64,000 nt of DNA from an uncultured virus (IMG/VR IMGVR_UViG_3300023202_000179) (lineage: Duplodnaviria; Heunggongvirae; Uroviricota; Caudoviricetes): IMG/VR virus record IMGVR_UViG_3300023202_000179, one strand, 5' to 3'. A program made the position numbers and the translations under genes. How positions within the stretch are numbered: position 1 is the first letter of the stretch; each line of letters begins with the position of its first letter. A model generated the notes under the pieces. That model was not told where the DNA came from. It did not search any database and saw only the letters and a list, made by a program, of their open reading frames with translations. Shown here piece after piece: positions 59,567 to 64,000 of the stretch.

Positions 59567-60148
59567 ATGCGACAGTACAGAGCCAAACTCAAAGCCTTCT
59601 CCGACTTCTACTCACAGTCCCGGCAGTTCCCGGATGAGGATGAACTTGCGAAGGGGAATGACGAGAGCCACGACAAATACGCATGGCGCACTTGGCCCGA
59701 GAAGATGCACGTGACCGAGGACGGTTACGTCAAGATCCCTGGGATGGCGATCAAGCAAGCTATCGACGCCGCCGCGAAGGATTCAGGGGCGAAGATCAAG
59801 GGTCGCGGGAACAAGACCTGGGGCTCTCTTTTCCCGGGAGGTGTCATGGTCATGCGGGATGCGAAGACCAACATCAAAACCGATGAAGTCGAGCCAGGGG
59901 TGTACTGGTGCGACACAACTGGGCAGAAGGGTGACAAGTCTTCCCGACGGGTGCGCCGGGTGTTCCCGATGATCCCGAAGTGGGAAGCTGAGGTCGAATT
60001 CGTCGTAACGAACGACGACATTCCCGGGGAGAAGTTGCACGAGTATCTCAGCCGAGCCGGGATCCAAGTCGGTATCGGTAGATTCCGTCCGTCCAAGGGT
60101 GGGAACAACGGGATGTTTTTGGTCGAGAAGTTCGAAGAGATTCAATAG
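59567..60148 (+). CDS. Stand-alone Cas7/RAMP-like protein
   Basis: IPGMAIKQAI (RAMP IPGS-like motif), W.AEVEF, C-terminal Gly-rich loop GIGRFRPSKGGNNGMF. Confidence 0.65.
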   Translation: MRQYRAKLKAFSDFYSQSRQFPDEDELAKGNDESHDKYAWRTWPEKMHVTEDGYVKIPGMAIKQAIDAAAKDSGAKIKGRGNKTWGSLFPGGVMVMRDAKTNIKTDEVEPGVYWCDTTGQKGDKSSRRVRRVFPMIPKWEAEVEFVVTNDDIPGEKLHEYLSRAGIQVGIGRFRPSKGGNNGMFLVEKFEEIQ

Positions 60149-60151
60149 AGA

Positions 60152-60236
60152 CACATCGCTGCGCTCCGCGGCGCGCCGCATCGCTACGCTACACGTCGCT
60201 ACTCATCGCCCGGCGCCTCAGCGGGAAATCTGAGGC
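60152..60236 (+). repeat. 12-unit C(G/A/T)C-NN pentamer array followed by a hairpin
   Basis: CACAT CGCTG CGCTC CGCGG CGCGC CGCAT CGCTA CGCTA CACGT CGCTA CTCAT CGCCC; GCCTCAG-8nt-CTGAGGC. Confidence 0.85.
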
Positions 60237-60245
60237 ATTTCCATC

Positions 60246-61415
60246 ATGAATCCAGAAGACTTCAAGAAACTCGCAGAGTTGCGGCTTCAACACGAAGAGG
60301 AGGAGCGGCGCAAGACCGTCGAAGCACCATCAGGTGTGGATGCCGATGGCATGAAAAGCGCTTGGGAGAAGGTCATAGAAGAGAGGGAGGAACGGCAAAG
60401 GGCTCTGGGGGCTTGGGAGCCGCACTATGACCCGGACAATCTCCCCCCAGGGTTCCACGTCAAAGGGGTGTCGACTCTTCGAAGAGGCGACGGGTCTGTC
60501 GCTTTGCGCTGGGAGAAGACGTCCATCGACCGGAGCATCCAAATCCAGTTGCTTCGGGACGCGTTCGCCTCGATTGCGGAGGAGATCCCTCAAGTCGAGC
60601 CCACTCCGGAGCCAGAGTCGACAGATGACGATCTCATCGCTGTATACCCGATGGGCGACCCTCACCTGGGGATGCTCTCTTGGGCGCCTGAGACGGGGGA
60701 TGATTTCGATCTCAAGATCGCAACGAGGAACCTGCTCGACGCTTCTGACTGGCTCGTCCGGCGAGCTCCGCCGGCATCCACAGCGATGCTGATCAACCTC
60801 GGGGACTTCTTCCACGCCGACAACAACATGGGACAGACATCCCGCAGTGGGCACAACCTGGACACTGACACCCGGTGGCCCAAGATGTTGAAAGCTGGTG
60901 TGATGACGATGGTCCGTATCATCGACAGAGCGCTGGAGAAGCACGACAGGGTGGTGGTCCGAAACGAGATCGGGAACCATGACGACCACTCTTCGATTAT
61001 GCTTGCTATCGCCCTGGGGCTTCGATACCAAGACGAGCCAAGAGTCCTGATCGACGAGAGTCCAAACAAGTTCTGGTACTACCGCTTCGGTCGCTGTTTG
61101 TTCGGGACAACGCACGGGAACGGGATCAAGTTGAACGACCTTGGGGAGATCATGGCGTTTGATGAACGGGAGAACTGGGGTGCTACGCGGTTTCGGCACT
61201 GGTACGTGGGTCACGTCCACCACGAGTCTCTCAAAGAGAAGCGAGGCGTGACGATCGAGACCTTCCGCACCCTCGCTCCTCGGGACGCCTGGACCCATGC
61301 GGCAGGCTACCGATCCGGAAGAGACATGCGGTGCGACGTGTGGCACAGAGATTACGGGCTGGAAACTCGGCACGTTGTCGGAGTTGAACGTCTCATGCGA
61401 GGGCTGAGGCTATGA
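60246..61415 (+). CDS. Calcineurin-like metallophosphoesterase
   Basis: GDPH, GDFFHAD, GNHD, HG, GHVHH. Confidence 0.85.
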   Translation: MNPEDFKKLAELRLQHEEEERRKTVEAPSGVDADGMKSAWEKVIEEREERQRALGAWEPHYDPDNLPPGFHVKGVSTLRRGDGSVALRWEKTSIDRSIQIQLLRDAFASIAEEIPQVEPTPEPESTDDDLIAVYPMGDPHLGMLSWAPETGDDFDLKIATRNLLDASDWLVRRAPPASTAMLINLGDFFHADNNMGQTSRSGHNLDTDTRWPKMLKAGVMTMVRIIDRALEKHDRVVVRNEIGNHDDHSSIMLAIALGLRYQDEPRVLIDESPNKFWYYRFGRCLFGTTHGNGIKLNDLGEIMAFDERENWGATRFRHWYVGHVHHESLKEKRGVTIETFRTLAPRDAWTHAAGYRSGRDMRCDVWHRDYGLETRHVVGVERLMRGLRL

Positions 61416-61448
61416 TGCTGGACATGCAAGTGCAACACCCTAAGAAGA

Positions 61449-61883
61449 GTGAAACCCGTCTGGAGGTCTGTATCCATGTCCGATGAGTCGATCGTCCGGT
61501 GGGCGGCGTCAGCGTCCCACGACCCAAAACGACCGCTCAAGGTGGCGGTGCGGGACTACTCCTTGGACCTCGGCACAGAGAGGTTTCTCTCCGGGATGGC
61601 TGCGGTCGGTCCTCTGTGCGGGCTGGCTGTCTTCGTCTTTAGCTTCATGCCCGGAGGACTCACCTTTTCTGTTGCCCTCTGCTGCCTTCCTCTGGTAATC
61701 TGGAGGGTGCACAAGAACTACCTTGAACGTCAAACCCAGACCCGCCTCGGGGTTCTCGAAAAGGAAATCGAAAATGCTACCTCAAGCCCTCAACCACGCG
61801 TTAGCCGTCAGATCTCGAAAACAAAAGCGCTCCCCCCACCGGCGCGCCGTGAAGAACCACAAAGTGTGGGGTGGGAGGGCTAA
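61449..61883 (+). CDS. Two-TM membrane protein
   Basis: Hydrophobic hairpin. Confidence 0.5.
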   Translation: MKPVWRSVSMSDESIVRWAASASHDPKRPLKVAVRDYSLDLGTERFLSGMAAVGPLCGLAVFVFSFMPGGLTFSVALCCLPLVIWRVHKNYLERQTQTRLGVLEKEIENATSSPQPRVSRQISKTKALPPPARREEPQSVGWEG

Positions 61884-62341
61884 GATGTCGTTCCGCGTCT
61901 ACATGCGGCAGCAAGCCAACTCTGGAGACGGGGTCGCTTTGCAGTGGCTCAAGAACAAGGGGATCGCGTGAAACGTCTCTTCCTTCGTTTTCTGGCGTGG
62001 CTCGGGCTCGAACTCGTCCCCGAGAAAACACCGCTTGCCCGTGCTCTGGAGATCCGGAGCACAGTGGACAGCCGCCAGCCCGTTCCGATCCTCGACTACT
62101 ACCGCGGGACGGAAGACCTGACTCCTGGCGGTGAGGCGCAACTCAGGACCGCCGCGGCACTTGCTGAGTTCACAGCGCGGGTCATGGAGGCCAAAGGCCT
62201 TGGCCCTTCTGAAGTCGGCGACATCGTCGCCCGAATGTGGTATGCCCACGAAGACGAAGAGCTGTGGAAAGGGTTGTGATGTTGCGCTAGATGCGCTAAA
62301 AGAGGCCATGACGTCATCCGTTTTCGCGCTATACTGAAGGC

Positions 62342-63454
62342 ATGGCTTCTTATCTCCCCTCAGATTCTTACCCCCGGGAGCAAGGCGTATTTTGGGGTCG
62401 TTGCGGATCTACTTGGAACCGAGAAATCGAGGTTACCGGTTGGATTCAATCCCTTCGGTTTGGCGATCAATTTGCGGTCGACCTTCAACCCTTGGCCACT
62501 GACGAGGAAGTTGCCGCTGTTGGGCGAGACTCCGCCGAAGAGCGGCAACTTTTCCAGTACTTGGACGGTCGTCGACAGTACTTCGCAGGTCTCGCTGCGA
62601 CGGTTTCCTACCTGAAACCCGCTCAACGCGCATCGATCCAAGAGCTGCTCGACCGGGCAGACGAACTCGTAGAGCTCATCGGCGATATTTACCGGAAATG
62701 GGAGCGATTCCCTTGTTTCATCGATCTTGGAGAGCAATCTCCAGTGTGCGCGTGGCCGTTGTCCTGGGCGGATAATGTGGGAGCTTGGAGGAAGAGATGC
62801 GGCGAGCTCCCCTTCGAACCAGGAAAGTCCTACAGCGCTTTCGATGCGACCTCGGGCACGCAGAGAACCTTCACTTGCCCGATCTCCCCTGGCTCGCCCT
62901 TGGCACGGCTCGACGGCACAACCCGCGCACAAGACCGTGAACAGATCCGGGACATCACGAAAGGCGTTCTGCATCACCTTCGGTGCGCACATTACACCCT
63001 CAATCGTTTGAAGCTCTACAGCCAAGCCTGGCGTGAATACCGCGACAGTCAGATGAAAGGCACCTGGGTCGGCTTGGAGCCTCCGGAGGAGGAACCTGAA
63101 ACGCTCGGGTTTGGGGGATTGAAAGCCGATATCCCTCCGGGCGTGGACCCGAACGATTTCCTCCCCGATCCTCCAACGCCTGGAGAGATTTTCCCTGTCC
63201 CTGCCGACCTGGACTTCGACTTCGACCCTCCGGGCGAGAAAGACGAGGAGGACCCGTCCGAGCTCCCAGAACCAGACCCCGATTCCTTGCCGCCATGGGA
63301 TCAAGGGCCGGACGCTGAAGGAGCCCCCGACACCGGTGCTCCCGGTGCTGCTAGCGCTTCCGACGATACACACTCCCGAACCCTGAAATACGGCGCCATC
63401 GGGCTGGGAGCCGTTGCAGTTGGCGCCATCATCTACAAAGGAATCAAGAAGTGA
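62342..63454 (+). CDS. Hypothetical protein with Pro/Asp linker and C-terminal TM anchor
   Basis: TATACT 6 nt before ATG; ends YGAIGLGAVAVGAIIYKGIKK. Confidence 0.65.
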   Translation: MASYLPSDSYPREQGVFWGRCGSTWNREIEVTGWIQSLRFGDQFAVDLQPLATDEEVAAVGRDSAEERQLFQYLDGRRQYFAGLAATVSYLKPAQRASIQELLDRADELVELIGDIYRKWERFPCFIDLGEQSPVCAWPLSWADNVGAWRKRCGELPFEPGKSYSAFDATSGTQRTFTCPISPGSPLARLDGTTRAQDREQIRDITKGVLHHLRCAHYTLNRLKLYSQAWREYRDSQMKGTWVGLEPPEEEPETLGFGGLKADIPPGVDPNDFLPDPPTPGEIFPVPADLDFDFDPPGEKDEEDPSELPEPDPDSLPPWDQGPDAEGAPDTGAPGAASASDDTHSRTLKYGAIGLGAVAVGAIIYKGIKK

Positions 63455-63780
63455 GCTTCAAAAAACTCTTCAACGATCTCGCCTCTGACTTCGACCAAGC
63501 CAAGGAAGAAGCCCTCAGAGAAGCCGTCGACACGTGTGACCTCAACCCCTTGAGCGGTCCTATCTCCCCTCTTGGACTCTTTTCGAGGACGGTCCAGAAG
63601 ACCCGGCAAAACGGACGAGGATATGTGCCGGACTTGATTCACGCAGGCATCCGCGCCACCCAGGAGATCTTGAAACCGGAACCCGAAGAAGTCGAGGTCG
63701 AGGTCGTCGAAGAAGACGAAGATGGGAACACGGAGAAGTTCGAAGCCAAGATCACTCAGATCTACGAAAGCGAAACCTGA
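63451..63780 (+). CDS. Acidic hypothetical protein
   Basis: GTGA overlap; followed by a terminator. Confidence 0.55.
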   Translation: MSFKKLFNDLASDFDQAKEEALREAVDTCDLNPLSGPISPLGLFSRTVQKTRQNGRGYVPDLIHAGIRATQEILKPEPEEVEVEVVEEDEDGNTEKFEAKITQIYESET

Positions 63781-63794
63781 AAGACGATCTGAAA

Positions 63795-63832
63795 CAAAGG
63801 GCGCTTGCTTCGGGGGAGGCAAGCGCCCTTTG
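63795..63832. terminator. Hairpin terminator
   Basis: CAAAGGGCGCTTGCTTC-GGGG-GAGGCAAGCGCCCTTTG. Confidence 0.75.
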
Positions 63833-64000
63833 CTTACGTGTACGTAAGAAGAACGCACCCTCGGATGTTGCTCGGAGGGGTGGTGATGGCGTCGAGCTCA
63901 AAGTTTAGGTAGTCGTCCGGAGTCACATGCAACACGGGTGCCTTTTCACGCGTACCGGAGCGTGAGCACCATCTGAGACAGCCCCGGGGCTTGTGTGGCC

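Noticed and set aside
59266..59714. ORFs spanning the pentamer array (59266-59481 minus, 59382-59714 plus)
   Set aside because: A 5-nt periodicity does not fit codon structure, and the products are low-complexity Arg/Ala/Cys strings.
60330..63373. Long antisense ORFs (347 aa, 337 aa) and similar ones elsewhere
   Set aside because: GC-rich shadows of better-supported genes on the opposite strand.

Overview
GC-rich window from a large dsDNA phage or prophage. A Myxococcota host is suggested by a myxobacterial-type vWA lipoprotein. (1) 1-18.6 kb, minus strand: virion/lysis module of small membrane-anchored, basic and beta-rich proteins, with a beta-helix spike, a muralytic enzyme and a candidate single-jelly-roll capsid protein; no terminase, portal or tail genes were recognisable. 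(2) 18.7-24 kb: small genes behind repeated palindromic cassettes, plus a glycoside-hydrolase-like gene. (3) 24.1-26.7 kb: compact CRISPR locus. It has a TnpB/Cas12f-like gene whose third RuvC Asp is replaced by Gln, an omegaRNA-like 3' scaffold carrying an anti-repeat and terminator, and a 12-repeat array. An orphan repeat lies at 39.8 kb and no cas1/cas2 is present. (4) 26.8-39.6 kb: replication module (prim-pol/helicase, Cas4-like nuclease, SF2 helicase, HNH, SSB-like, PolA, adenine MTase, RusA). (5) 40-64 kb: accessory genes, tRNA-Thr, three paralogous 24-aa tandem-repeat proteins with a hypervariable di-residue, nucleotide enzymes, a tyrosine recombinase and GroES. This region also holds a stand-alone Cas7/RAMP-like gene flanked by phased CGC-NN pentamer arrays and hairpin repeats, a second candidate RNA-guided system. 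All calls come from motif recognition by eye; no searches were run.
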